From Deltaproteobacteria bacterium (lineage in GTDB: Bacteria > Myxococcota_A > UBA9160 > SMWR01), in contig JAQBHB010000093.1 in the NCBI GenBank assembly GCA_032128115.1, positions 64,001 through 128,000 on the forward strand: a stretch of 64,000 nucleotides of DNA. The letters run 5' to 3'. The translations under genes were made by a program, and so were the position numbers. This document shows, one piece after another, positions 18,776 through 28,557 of this stretch. Under the pieces are notes generated by a model. It worked only from the letters and a program-made list of their open reading frames with translations. It was not told where the DNA came from and made no database searches. The number at the start of each line of letters is the position of its first letter. Position 1 is the stretch's first letter.

Positions 18776-20194
18776 CTAGCGCTCCGAGGATCCGGAGCGG
18801 CTCCCGCCCAGGGCGGACGGATCCAGCAGCTCGCGCCGGGCGAGCTTGCCCGACTCGTAGTGGGAGATCAGGTCGATCGCGCCGTCGCCGTTGCGATCTT
18901 CTTCCTTGCGCGTGACGCGTCCCCGGTCGTCGTAATAGAGGATCGCGTCGGTGCTCCCGTCGGCATCCTCGTCGAGTTCTTCGCGCTCGAGGAGGCCACC
19001 GCGATAGAAGCCGACACGGTTCCGGAAACCATCAGCGGTGGTGTCGCGCTCGTGGCGTGTGATCTCGCCGTTCGAGTAGAAGCTCCAGGTGTCCACCTGT
19101 CCGTCGCCATCGGCGTCCGCGCGCCGCCGGATGACCGAGCCGTCGCGATAGTCGGTCCACGAATCCGGCGAGCCGTCATGATTCGCGTCCTCTTCGATGC
19201 TGCTCACCCGGTGGCTCTGCGGGTCGTAGACGATGCCGCGGTCCGGGCGGCCGTCGGCGTTCTCGTCGAAGGTCTCGCGCACGATTTCGCCCTGCTCGCG
19301 ATAGATCCAGTGATCGATGTGTCCGTCCCCGTCGCGGTCGATGATGCCATGGGCCGGCGCGGGCGACGTCGCGTTCCCAGGGGTCCGCGGTACGGATGCG
19401 TTCAGGGTCGACGGGGTGGCAGGGGCGGTCGTCCGCGGCGCGGGCGTCGACACGGGCGTGCGCTGCATGGCGTCCAGTTCTTCGGCGATCGAGAAGCGGG
19501 GCCGCGATCCCGCGCCGGGGGTCACCGCCGCAGTACGCGTCGCCGGCGCCCCGGTGGCGCCCGCCTGTTGCGTCTCCCGATCTTCCAGCTCGCGCGCAAG
19601 GTCCTGGAGTTGGGACGATTCGTAGTCGGGCAGGGCCTGCGCGCGCACCGGCCGGGCGGGAGCCGTGGTGGCGCGGGGCACCTCGGGGCCCGGCTCGCGG
19701 TCGTCGCGCATGGCTTCCGCGGCGGCCTTGAACGGCGCTGCGGCCAGCGCGAAGGGCAGGGCCACGTATTTGTACCAGATGGGTTCCTCGCGGTATTCCA
19801 CGTGGCGCTGTTCGTCCTGTTGGGCGCCGCCGATCATGGTGATGTTCCCGGTGCCCGCAGGCACATGGGACGACTGGCCGGTCCAGCGGCCGGGCTCGCC
19901 GGACGAGGACGTGGTGCTCCCGCTGCCCGATTGCGTGGACGCTCCGGAGCCCCGTTCGGGGGGGGCCTGACCGGGCGCCCCCTGACCGGGCGGCCCCTGA
20001 CCGGGCGCCCCCGGACGCCTCGGCTCGCCAGGCATGGGCGGCGACTCGCCCGGCATGAGGATGGTGGCCCCGGCGCCCGTGTTGACGATCGGGGTCCGGT
20101 CGATGTCGCCGACACCGCGGCCGAACGAGAAGCAGCCCACGAGTGTCGCGGCGGACACGATCAGGAATACCTGGGATCTTCCAGTTGTGGTCAT
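18776..20194 (-). CDS. Lipoprotein with seven DxDxDG repeats
   Basis: Lipobox-like TLVGC; Pro/Gly linkers; C-terminal ~22-aa repeats DRDGDGHID, DENADGRPD, DANHDGSPD, DADGDGQVD, DTTADGFRN, DEDADGSTD and DRNGDGAID. ATG at 20194. Confidence 0.78.
   Translation of the reverse strand: MTTTGRSQVFLIVSAATLVGCFSFGRGVGDIDRTPIVNTGAGATILMPGESPPMPGEPRRPGAPGQGPPGQGAPGQAPPERGSGASTQSGSGSTTSSSGEPGRWTGQSSHVPAGTGNITMIGGAQQDEQRHVEYREEPIWYKYVALPFALAAAPFKAAAEAMRDDREPGPEVPRATTAPARPVRAQALPDYESSQLQDLARELEDRETQQAGATGAPATRTAAVTPGAGSRPRFSIAEELDAMQRTPVSTPAPRTTAPATPSTLNASVPRTPGNATSPAPAHGIIDRDGDGHIDHWIYREQGEIVRETFDENADGRPDRGIVYDPQSHRVSSIEEDANHDGSPDSWTDYRDGSVIRRRADADGDGQVDTWSFYSNGEITRHERDTTADGFRNRVGFYRGGLLEREELDEDADGSTDAILYYDDRGRVTRKEEDRNGDGAIDLISHYESGKLARRELLDPSALGGSRSGSSER
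19966..20010. repeat. 15-bp x3 tandem repeat encoding a PGQG(A/P) linker
   Basis: CCTGACCGGGCG(C/G)CC at 19966, 19981 and 19996. Confidence 0.85.
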
Positions 20195-20217
20195 TGCAAA
20201 CCCCCGGGCCGTGGGGC

Positions 20218-20233
20218 TGCAAGAAACGTGCGA
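20218..20233 (-). promoter_or_regulatory. Possible sigma54-like promoter for the repeat lipoprotein
   Basis: Minus strand reads TCGCACG-TTTC-TTGCA against consensus TGGCACG-N4-TTGCW, about 25 nt upstream of the ATG. The conserved GG is CG here, so support is weak. Confidence 0.3.
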
Positions 20234-20356
20234 TCGGGCGCGCATGCCCGGATTCCCGACTCCCCGCCGGGAGATGGAGCGAACGCCTGCCGCCGGCTTG
20301 CGTGCGGACGAGAGCGGCCCGAAGGGAAGCCAGTTGCCCAGATCGGGTAGCTGGCT

Positions 20357-21412
20357 TCAGCCGCCGCCGTCGTCGCTGGCGGCCTCCGGGGTGCTCTCGT
20401 GACCCAGGCGACCGATCACCAGGGTGGCCCCGAAGCCCGCCAGCACCAGGGCCAACGAGGACCCCACCTGGCCCGCGCTCGGTCTGAAGGGCTCGACGGG
20501 CCAGTACTTGGGGGCGATGTCGGGGGCGTTTGCGGCCGTGACGATGCGACCGCGCACGCTTTCCCCCACCGCTGGCGGGCGGCCCTCCTGGAAGGGCCAC
20601 AGACCCACCACAGCGCCGAACAGCAGACCCAGCAGGGCACCCAGCGTGGCCTTGGCGTACCGGTCCAGGAGCCAGCGAACCAGGTTGCTGACGCCCACGA
20701 CGCCGACCACGACGCCCACGCCCACGGGAAACAGCTGCACGGACGCAGTGAGAATTGCCGGAATCTCCGGTGCAAAGCCTGCGCCCGAGGCTCCCACGAG
20801 TCCGAGTCGCAGGTTCTCGATCGTGCCCAGGATCGGCTCGTACTGTCCGAGCAACAGCAGCAGGTAACCGCCGCTCACCCCAGGCAGGATCATGGCCGCG
20901 GATCCCAGGAGTCCGGCCGCGAAGAAGAGCAGGGCGTCGGGCTCTCCATCGACCGTTCCGCTCTCCCCCAGGAGTGCCATCGCGGCGAGCGGCACGAAGG
21001 CCAACACGGCGCCCACGACGATCGCCGGTGAAAGGGGCCGCGCCATGCGCCACACCAGGGGAACCCCGCCCAGGGTGAGCCCGATGAACAGGCTGTACAT
21101 GACCCAGCGCTGGGTCTCCACCAGGCCCTTGACGGTGCCCGCGAGCGTCACGATGCCGAGCCCAGCGGCGGCGGCGATCGTCGCCAGTAGCACCAGGGAT
21201 GCGGTTCGGAAGCGCAGGTTGGTGATCTCGGCGATGGCGCCGATGAATCGCGGGTAGACGCCCATGGCGAGCAGCATGGTGCCGCCGCTGATTCCGGGCA
21301 CCAGGTTCGCAAGCCCCATGAGGGTGCCTCCCGCCACCGCTCGCAACGAGAGTGCAGCGAGGATCCTCGCGGCCAGGGAGCCCTCATCGCCTGCGGGTTC
21401 CGCTTCGAACAT
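20357..21412 (-). CDS. DUF368 family membrane protein (undecaprenyl-phosphate recycling family)
   Basis: Duplicated motif MGLANLVPGISGGT / AAMILPGVSGGYLLLLLGQY, with multiple TM segments. Confidence 0.9.
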   Translation of the reverse strand: MFEAEPAGDEGSLAARILAALSLRAVAGGTLMGLANLVPGISGGTMLLAMGVYPRFIGAIAEITNLRFRTASLVLLATIAAAAGLGIVTLAGTVKGLVETQRWVMYSLFIGLTLGGVPLVWRMARPLSPAIVVGAVLAFVPLAAMALLGESGTVDGEPDALLFFAAGLLGSAAMILPGVSGGYLLLLLGQYEPILGTIENLRLGLVGASGAGFAPEIPAILTASVQLFPVGVGVVVGVVGVSNLVRWLLDRYAKATLGALLGLLFGAVVGLWPFQEGRPPAVGESVRGRIVTAANAPDIAPKYWPVEPFRPSAGQVGSSLALVLAGFGATLVIGRLGHESTPEAASDDGGG

Positions 21413-21464
21413 GTTCTGCTCCCGGACGAAGACGCGGTACTGTAGCAGCAGGAACTCGACTGCC

Positions 21465-22142
21465 GTGTGTGGACGCTTCACGCTCACCTCGACGCCTGAG
21501 CTGTTGGCGCGCCGCTTCGGTCTCGGAGAGGCGCCCGCCGGACTGGTCCCGCGATTCAACATCGCTCCCAGCCAGGACGTGGCGACGATCCGCGCCCGGG
21601 AGAACGGGACGCGGGTTCTCGAGATGCGCCGTTGGGGTCTGGTGCCCTCGTGGGCTCGGGATCCGAAGATCGGAAATCGCATGATCAACGCCCGCTCGGA
21701 GACGGTGTCCGAGAAGCCGGCCTTCCGCGAGGCCTATCGGAGCCAGCGTTGCCTGGTGCCGGCCGACGGTTTCTACGAGTGGGCGGCGGGCAAGAGTCCG
21801 CGCCAGCCGTACCACATCGGGCTGGCGGACGGCGGCCCGTTCGCCATCGCCGCTCTGTGGGAACGCTGGTCTCACGGCGACACCGACCCGATCGATTCGT
21901 GCACCCTGCTCACCACCCGTGCCAACGCGCGCCTGACGGCGGTGCACGACCGCATGCCCGTGATTCTCGACCCTGCAGACCATGCGCTGTGGCTCGATCC
22001 CAGTGTGCGAGGAGGGGAGCCGCTGCACGCGCTGCTGCGGCCGCTGGCCGACGATCGCATTGCGATCCAGCCGGTGAGCCGGCACGTGAACGACCCCCGT
22101 CACGACGATCCGGAATGCGTGGCCCCCGCGGCCACACCCTGA
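21465..22142 (+). CDS. SOS response-associated peptidase (SRAP/HMCES/YedK)
   Basis: (M)CGRF N-terminus at GTG 21465, RFNIAPSQ, RWGLVPSWA, INARSET, RCLVPADGFYEW and HDRMPVIL. Confidence 0.95.
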   Translation: MCGRFTLTSTPELLARRFGLGEAPAGLVPRFNIAPSQDVATIRARENGTRVLEMRRWGLVPSWARDPKIGNRMINARSETVSEKPAFREAYRSQRCLVPADGFYEWAAGKSPRQPYHIGLADGGPFAIAALWERWSHGDTDPIDSCTLLTTRANARLTAVHDRMPVILDPADHALWLDPSVRGGEPLHALLRPLADDRIAIQPVSRHVNDPRHDDPECVAPAATP

Positions 22143-22147
22143 ACCCT

Positions 22148-22375
22148 GTGCGCCGCTGTGTGCGACGCGTGCTGCTCGGCCTGGTCGCCGGGCTCTATCT
22201 GCTGTCGATTCCCTGGTATCGGGAGTCCGGGGCCTCTGCTCCCCTGGTGTTCGGCCTGCCCGACTGGGTGGCCGTGGCCCTTGGCTGCTACGTGGCGGTC
22301 GCCATCCTCAACTCCATCGCCTGGCTTCTCACCGACGTGCAGGACCCGGAAGATCCCGGGGGTGACGCCGCGTGA
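22148..22375 (+). CDS. Small two-TM membrane protein, partner of the sodium:solute symporter
   Basis: LYLLSIPWY...LVFGLPDWVAV; GTGA overlap with the symporter start. Confidence 0.7.
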   Translation: MRRCVRRVLLGLVAGLYLLSIPWYRESGASAPLVFGLPDWVAVALGCYVAVAILNSIAWLLTDVQDPEDPGGDAA

Positions 22376-23889
22376 GCTTTGACGAGCTCGGGGTGGTGGG
22401 CCTGGGCATCTACCTGCTGGCCCTTCTGGCGGTGGCCGAGGTGGCGAGGCGGGCGCGCCGGGATGCATCGCCCGCCGATCACTTCCTGGCGGGCCGCGAC
22501 CTGGGCGTGTTCGTGCTGTTCCTCACGCTCTACGCCACGGCCTACAGCGGGAATTCGCTGCTCGGGTATCCGGGCGAGGCGTATCGCCGGGGCTTCTCGT
22601 GGATCATGGCCACCGGGTTCATGATGTCCATCATCGTGGTGTTCCACCTGCTGGTGCCGCGCCTGCGTCCGCTGGCGGTGGCCTTCGAGTTCGTGAGTCC
22701 GGGCGACTGGGTGCGCCACCGTTTCGGCGCCGATCGTGGCGGGCGGGCGCTGCTGCTGGGTGTAGGCCTGTTGATGACCGTGGCGCTGGCAAACTTCCTG
22801 TTCGCCCAGCTCAAGGCCATGGGCGTGATGGCGGCGCAGGTCACCGGGGGCATCGTCAGCTACGAGGTGGGCGTTGCGCTGCTGGCCGGGACGGTCCTCT
22901 TCTACGAGACGCTCGGCGGCATGCGAGCCGTGGCCTGGACCGACGCCGCCCAGGCCCTGCTCATGATGGTGGGTCTCTCCATCCTGCTGGTCTGGCTGTT
23001 GGGAGTCTCCGGTGGGCTGGGGGAGATGACCCTGGCGATCCTCGAATCGCGGCCGGACGCGGCGGCGGTTCCGGACGCGGTCGAGTGCGCCAACTGGGCC
23101 AGCACGATCCTGCTGATGGGATTGGCCAGTGTGGTGTACCCCCAGGCCATCCAGCGCATCTACGCGGCGCGCAGTGGCCGCAGCCTGCGGCAATCGTTCG
23201 CGCTGATGACGTTCATGCCGCTGGGCACCACGCTGGTGGTGACACTGATCGGCCTCGCGGCCATTCCCCGCTTTCACGACCTGGGCGGCGTGGAAGCGGA
23301 TCGCGTCATGCCGCTGCTGCTCGGAGAGTGGGCTGCCTCGGGCCCACTCGCATCGGTTGCGGCGTTGCTGGTGCTGTTGGGCGCGGTTGCCGCCATCATG
23401 TCGACCGCTGACTCGGTGCTGCTGTCCCTGGGCTCCCAGGTGGTTCGGGACGTGATGGGCCGTTCCCACCGTGCGGACTCGACGACGCGCCTGGGCAAGC
23501 GCATCGCGGTGGGAGTGATGATTGCCATGGCGGCCCTGGCCATGGCCGCCCGCAACATCTCCCTGTGGGGACTCATCGAACTCAAGATGGAGCTGTTGGT
23601 CCAGTGCGTTCCGGCATTTCTGATCGCCGCTCACTGGTCCCGCTTGCGCGCTCGCCCCACCCTGCTGGGCCTCGTCGTGGGAAGCCTGATTGCCATCGCG
23701 GGGGTATTCCTGGACGTGAAGCGGATCGGCGGCGTTCACACGGGCGTGATCGGTCTTGCCGTCAACACCGCCATCGCCACGCTGGGCTCCCTGCTCTCGT
23801 CCGCCCCGCACTCGTCCGCCCCGCAGACTTCGGCTGCCCCGCCTACAAGGTGGCGAGCGGCTCAGTCGGGCCAGCCGTCCACGAGCTGA
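22372..23889 (+). CDS. Sodium:solute symporter family transporter
   Basis: HFLAGRDLG, ATAYSGNSLLGYPG, GGMRAVAWTDAAQ and AAIMSTADSVLL; many TM segments. Confidence 0.93.
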   Translation: MSFDELGVVGLGIYLLALLAVAEVARRARRDASPADHFLAGRDLGVFVLFLTLYATAYSGNSLLGYPGEAYRRGFSWIMATGFMMSIIVVFHLLVPRLRPLAVAFEFVSPGDWVRHRFGADRGGRALLLGVGLLMTVALANFLFAQLKAMGVMAAQVTGGIVSYEVGVALLAGTVLFYETLGGMRAVAWTDAAQALLMMVGLSILLVWLLGVSGGLGEMTLAILESRPDAAAVPDAVECANWASTILLMGLASVVYPQAIQRIYAARSGRSLRQSFALMTFMPLGTTLVVTLIGLAAIPRFHDLGGVEADRVMPLLLGEWAASGPLASVAALLVLLGAVAAIMSTADSVLLSLGSQVVRDVMGRSHRADSTTRLGKRIAVGVMIAMAALAMAARNISLWGLIELKMELLVQCVPAFLIAAHWSRLRARPTLLGLVVGSLIAIAGVFLDVKRIGGVHTGVIGLAVNTAIATLGSLLSSAPHSSAPQTSAAPPTRWRAAQSGQPSTS

Positions 23890-24701
23890 AGCTCTGCGCA
23901 CAGCTTCTGGGCGTGCACGGTCGACCCGTTCAGGGCGGCGGCCTCCGGAGACGCCGCCAGCCACGCCACGACCGAGCCCGGAACTCGCGGCGGCGCGCCG
24001 CGCAGCTTCTCGAATCCCTGTTCCTCCAGCGTCAGCTCCATCATCTCGGTGATCACGAATCCCGGGTCCAGATTGAAGAAGGTCACGCCCGAATCCGCGT
24101 GCTCCACCGCCAGCACACCCACCATGCGGTGGAAGGCGCCCTTGGACGCGGCGTAACCCAGGCCCCAGCCTCCCTCACCGGCGGGGGCCGGCGGGTCGGC
24201 GCAGGCGACATGGGAGGTCAGGTTGATGATGGCGCCTCGACCCCTTTCCAACATGCCGGGAAGCACGAGTTGCGTGAGCTGAAGCTGCGACAGCACGTTC
24301 GCCCGCAGGATGCGTTCGGCCACCGGGAGAGGCAGGTCCAGTGTGCGGTCCATGCTTCCCGGGCCGGTGTAGACCGCGTTGTTGACCAACACGTCCACAT
24401 GCCCCCAGGTGTCCAGGGCCCGACTCACGGCCGCCACCAAGGAGTCGGGCTCCAGCAGATCGAGGGTCAACACCAGGGCTTCGCGACCGCACTCGCGCAC
24501 GTCGCGCGCCGTGGTTTCCAGGCTGCCCGGAACCGGACGGGTGTCGCTGCGCTTGACCGTTGCGGAGTGTTCGCGTTGCTCGCCCTCGCGCAGGGTCCGC
24601 GCCGTCACCACCACATCGAAGCCCGCGCGGGCAAGGGCCACGGCGCTCGCCTTGCCAATCCCGCGACTGGCGCCGGTGACGAACGCGATCCGGCGATCCA
24701 T
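23862..24701 (-). CDS. Short-chain dehydrogenase/reductase
   Basis: VTGASRGIG, LVNNA, IINLTS, YAASK (YxxxK) and PGFVITE. ATG at 24701; the ORF-track start at 26633 is over-extended. Confidence 0.93.
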   Translation of the reverse strand: MDRRIAFVTGASRGIGKASAVALARAGFDVVVTARTLREGEQREHSATVKRSDTRPVPGSLETTARDVRECGREALVLTLDLLEPDSLVAAVSRALDTWGHVDVLVNNAVYTGPGSMDRTLDLPLPVAERILRANVLSQLQLTQLVLPGMLERGRGAIINLTSHVACADPPAPAGEGGWGLGYAASKGAFHRMVGVLAVEHADSGVTFFNLDPGFVITEMMELTLEEQGFEKLRGAPPRVPGSVVAWLAASPEAAALNGSTVHAQKLCAELQLVDGWPD

Positions 24702-24751
24702 GGCTCCCCTCCCCGCGACTGGCGACGGATCAGGGTACACGGATCGCGACG

Positions 24752-26917
24752 TCAGTGGGGTGTCTCCACCCAGGCGCGCCCCTCGCGATACATCGCCAGG
24801 CGTCCCTCGATTTCCGACGCGAGGTCGGCGCGCCCCACGGCCCTGGCGCGTTGCGATGCCTCCCGCGCCACGCGCACGGCCTCGTCGAAACGGCCCGCGG
24901 CCGCGCAGCCCGCCGCCAGGGTGTCGAGCAGGGCCGGGTGGGGCGCCGCATCCTGCGCCAGGGCGGCACGCGCGATCCGGATCGCCTCCTCGGGCTGCCG
25001 GATGTCGGCGGAGGGATGCGTGGCCAGCAGCCAGGCCAGGTTGTTTCCGGCGGTGCGAGACTCGGGCGCGAGCGCAAGCGCCGCGTAGAAGTGACGCACC
25101 GCGAGCTCCGGCTCGCCGGCAGCCAGGGACAGCTCGGCCAGGCTGATCTGGAGATCGGCTGACTGCACGCCGAGCGCGTCCGCGCGCGCAAGCTGCGGGC
25201 GCGCCTCCTCTGGGCGTTCCATCCGGATGAGCAGGAGACCCAGATTCGCCCGGGCTTCGCCCAGGGCCGGGTCGAGCGCGACGGCACGCCGGTAGTGATC
25301 CAGGGCCGCGTCGAGATCGCCCTGGTCGGTGAGCGCGCGCGCCAGCTGGGCGTGGATGCGCGGGCGGTTGACCTCGCGGGCCCGTTCGAGGGCGACGCGC
25401 AGCTGGCGCGCGGCGCGATTGGGGTGGCCGGTTTCCAGCAGCGCCATGCCCAGCTGAACGCGTGCGCGCGCATTCTTGGGGGCCAATTCCACGGCCTTCT
25501 CGAAGTGGCGCAGGGCGCCCGCGAGATCTCCCTGCTTTTCCAGCACCTCTCCCAGACCCAGCTCCGCGGCGGGCCAGCGCGGCTTCATCCGCGCCGCTTC
25601 GGCGTAGTGGTGCCCGGCTTCTTCGGTGCGGCCCTGCAACAGCAACAGACCCGCGAGCCCGTGGTGGGCCACGAAATTGTCGTCGGTGACGGCCAGTGCC
25701 CGCTGGAACAGGGCCTCGGTGTCGCGCCAGTGTGCGAGCTGACGCGAGCTGACGAGGGCGAGCACCAGCATCGAGGCCACTCCGGCCGCGGACAAGGCGT
25801 TGCGACCGAAGCGGCGACCTCGCAGCAGGTCGCGGGCACCCCACGCCACCGCCAGGCTCGCTCCGATCAACGGCAGGTACATGTAGCGGTCGGCGCGGGC
25901 TTGCATTCCCACCTGGATCAGACCGATCACGGGAACGAGGGTTCCCAGCATCCAGAGCCAGCCCACGATCCACCAGGGTCGCGAGGCGGCCGCGCGGATC
26001 GCGGCGGCGGTGGCGCCCGCCAGGAGCACGCCGGCGCCGAGGCTTTGCGTCAGGGGGAGGCTGCGCAGCGGATGCGGATAGAACACCGCGAGCCCGCTGG
26101 GCCAGAAGCTCTTCAGCGCATACCAGACATAGGAGTGGAGGGCGTTCTGGAGACGGGGCCCCAGGGGCAGGGCGGGTTCCGGGGCCATGGCGCCGGTTTC
26201 GCGCTGCACCTGGAAGGTCACGAAGCAGACCGCGGCCGCGATTGCGAACAGGGGGATCTTCTCGACCACGGCGCGTCCCAGGCGACGCGGGTCGGGAGCC
26301 GCCCGCTGTGTGCCGTTTCCCAGCCTTGCCAGGGGCCAGTAGTCCAGCAATAGCAACACGAACGGAAGCGTCACCAGCATCGGTTTGGCCAGGAGACCCA
26401 GGAGCATCGCTACGGCCACCAGCAGGTAGCGGCCGAGCGATTCCGGCCGCCGGGTCCAGCTCACGTAGGCGTGCAGCGCGAGCATGAAGAACACCGCGCT
26501 CAGCACGTCCTTGCGTTCCGAGGCCCAGGCCACGGATTCCACGTGCAGTGGGTGCAGGGCGAAGACGGCGGCGGCGAAGGCGCTGGGCCCCAGGGCGCCG
26601 GTCATGCGCACGAGGACCGACAACAACAGCCATGTGCTGAGGATGTGGAGGGCGAAATTCGTGAGGTGATAGCCTGCGGGCTCGAGTTCGTGGAGGGCGT
26701 AGTCGAGCTGGAGGGAGATCCAGGTGAGGGGAATCCAGTTGGTCTCGTAGGGCGTGGTGAAGGCGCGCACGACACCAGAAAGACCTGCGGAAAGGTTCGG
26801 GTTCTCCAGGATGTAGACCCGGTCGTCGTAGTTGACGAAGTCGTGATTGCGAACCGGGAGGTAGACTGCACCCGTCACGGCCACGAGCAGCAACGACACG
26901 AGTGCCTGGCGACGCAT
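24752..26917 (-). CDS. TMTC-like GT-C glycosyltransferase with C-terminal TPRs (putative protein O-mannosyltransferase)
   Basis: FVNYDDRVYI, YHLTNFALH, FALHPLHVESVAWASERKDVL and ADRYMYLP, followed by TPR repeats (NNLAWLLATHP). Confidence 0.88.
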   Translation of the reverse strand: MRRQALVSLLLVAVTGAVYLPVRNHDFVNYDDRVYILENPNLSAGLSGVVRAFTTPYETNWIPLTWISLQLDYALHELEPAGYHLTNFALHILSTWLLLSVLVRMTGALGPSAFAAAVFALHPLHVESVAWASERKDVLSAVFFMLALHAYVSWTRRPESLGRYLLVAVAMLLGLLAKPMLVTLPFVLLLLDYWPLARLGNGTQRAAPDPRRLGRAVVEKIPLFAIAAAVCFVTFQVQRETGAMAPEPALPLGPRLQNALHSYVWYALKSFWPSGLAVFYPHPLRSLPLTQSLGAGVLLAGATAAAIRAAASRPWWIVGWLWMLGTLVPVIGLIQVGMQARADRYMYLPLIGASLAVAWGARDLLRGRRFGRNALSAAGVASMLVLALVSSRQLAHWRDTEALFQRALAVTDDNFVAHHGLAGLLLLQGRTEEAGHHYAEAARMKPRWPAAELGLGEVLEKQGDLAGALRHFEKAVELAPKNARARVQLGMALLETGHPNRAARQLRVALERAREVNRPRIHAQLARALTDQGDLDAALDHYRRAVALDPALGEARANLGLLLIRMERPEEARPQLARADALGVQSADLQISLAELSLAAGEPELAVRHFYAALALAPESRTAGNNLAWLLATHPSADIRQPEEAIRIARAALAQDAAPHPALLDTLAAGCAAAGRFDEAVRVAREASQRARAVGRADLASEIEGRLAMYREGRAWVETPH

Positions 26918-26926
26918 CGAGGCGGC

Positions 26927-28414
26927 CTAGTCCGACCGGGTGGGCTCGCCCTCGCCAGGCTGTGCCGTGTCGGAGGTTCCCGGTTCCGGAGCGTCCACGT
27001 ATCCCAGGGCCTGCAGGGCATCGAGATCGTCGGAGGAGAGCTGTTGGGGAGTCTCGTCCCGCAGCTCCAGGCCCTTGCGCAGGATCATCAGGCGCTTGCG
27101 CAACGAGGAGGCGATCTCGGGAGCCGGGGCTACCAGATTCACCGTCTCCTTCCCCCTTCGGAAGAGCTGGCCGTGTCCCACGGTGCCTTCCAGGGAGACG
27201 ATGAACTTGTAGTCCCCGTCCACTACGGCGAATCGACGCACGGCGCCCGCGCCCAGCGTCGCCATGTACGGGACGCTGTTCTCCGCATCGGCGCCCAGCG
27301 CCAGCACGTCCCGACCGCGGGGCGACCCCTCGGGCATCACGCCCAACAGGGAAAGCACCGTGGGGTAGAGGTCCACGGCCGACACCAGGTCGTCGCGCCG
27401 CGCGGGACGCAGCTCCGGGGAGCGCACCATCAGGGGGACCCGCACGAAGGCATCCATCAGGTGCTCGCCGTGGGAGAACCAGTAGTCGCCCTCGCCCAGG
27501 GCTTCGCCGTGATCGGCCGAGAACACCACGAGGGCGTTGCGGTCGAGCCCGCGCTCACGCAGGCCGTCGAGCAGGCGCCCGACCTCCCGATCCATATAGG
27601 CCACCTCGGCGGCGTAGCCCGCGCGGTAGAAGGCGATCTCATGCTGGCCGTCCAGATACTGGTATCGGGGGATGGCGCCACGCCCGCTGTCCCCCGTCCC
27701 CTGCAGGGGGAGGCGTCGCAGGCCGCCCTCGACCCCGCGCTCGCGCGCAAGCTGAGAGTCGCGGGAGCCCGCCGGCGGGGTGTATGGCCCGTGCGGATCC
27801 TGGTAGTGCACCCAGACGAAGCAGGGCGTCGCCCGGCCATCGGTGCAGGCATCCAGCGTACCCAGGAAGGCGTCGGTCGTGTCGACCGCGACGCGTTCCG
27901 GCCAGCGGCGCACCGCTTCACGTTGGGGGAAGTCGTCGTCGTAGACGTCGAATCCGGCCGCGAGTCCCGACGAGGCCCGCAGTACGAAGTTGCTGACGAC
28001 CGCGGCGGTTCGCCAGCCGTGTTGCCGCAGGCTGGCCGCCAGCGAGGGCACGTCTGCCGGAACCGCCGACTCGTTGTTGATGAGACCCAACTCTTCGGGA
28101 TAACGCCCGGTGAGCAGAGCGCTGATGGAGGGGAGGGTGAGCGACGTGGCGGAGTATGCGGCTGTGAAGACGACGCTCTCGTCCGCCAGGGCGTCCAGAT
28201 TCGGCGTCAGACCGCGGTCGCTTCCGTAGGCGCCCAGGTAGTCGGCGCGCAGGGTATCCACCGTGATCAGGACGAACAGGCGAGGCGCGGGCGGACTGCA
28301 GCCCGTCCCCGCGGCGGTCAGGGTGATGGCCGGAAACACGGCGACGAGAAGGGTCGCGACCACCCGCGCCAACGCGACCAGGGCCGGCTTCCGGGGGGTC
28401 CGCGGGCGCCTCAT
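26927..28414 (-). CDS. Sulfatase-like hydrolase/transferase (alkaline phosphatase superfamily), exported or membrane-anchored
   Basis: LITVDTLRAD, TPNLDALA, TLPSISALLTG, HYQDPHGPY, SADHGE and C-terminal LQALGY; N-terminal hydrophobic segment. Confidence 0.85.
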   Translation of the reverse strand: MRRPRTPRKPALVALARVVATLLVAVFPAITLTAAGTGCSPPAPRLFVLITVDTLRADYLGAYGSDRGLTPNLDALADESVVFTAAYSATSLTLPSISALLTGRYPEELGLINNESAVPADVPSLAASLRQHGWRTAAVVSNFVLRASSGLAAGFDVYDDDFPQREAVRRWPERVAVDTTDAFLGTLDACTDGRATPCFVWVHYQDPHGPYTPPAGSRDSQLARERGVEGGLRRLPLQGTGDSGRGAIPRYQYLDGQHEIAFYRAGYAAEVAYMDREVGRLLDGLRERGLDRNALVVFSADHGEALGEGDYWFSHGEHLMDAFVRVPLMVRSPELRPARRDDLVSAVDLYPTVLSLLGVMPEGSPRGRDVLALGADAENSVPYMATLGAGAVRRFAVVDGDYKFIVSLEGTVGHGQLFRRGKETVNLVAPAPEIASSLRKRLMILRKGLELRDETPQQLSSDDLDALQALGYVDAPEPGTSDTAQPGEGEPTRSD

Positions 28415-28557
28415 GGAGATCGGAAACGTAGCACGCCGCCGGCCCGGGGCGGCTGTGGGGCTGCCCGCATTGCCCGCTGCGCGGGCGTGTGCGATGGTGG
28501 TCTGCCGCCGAATCCCACCATGTTTCTTCGCACCTCGCGCCATCCGGAACCCGCCCG

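Noticed and set aside
21395..21465. LexA box upstream of the SRAP gene (GAACATGTTC palindrome)
   Set aside because: The spacing does not match the LexA boxes I know (GAAC-N4-GTTC, CTGT-N8-ACAG, GTTC-N7-GTTC), and it overlaps the DUF368 start codon.
24702..26633. Apparent 923-aa fusion ending in an SDR
   Set aside because: The upstream part is an alternative frame of the TMTC-like gene; the SDR starts at 24701.
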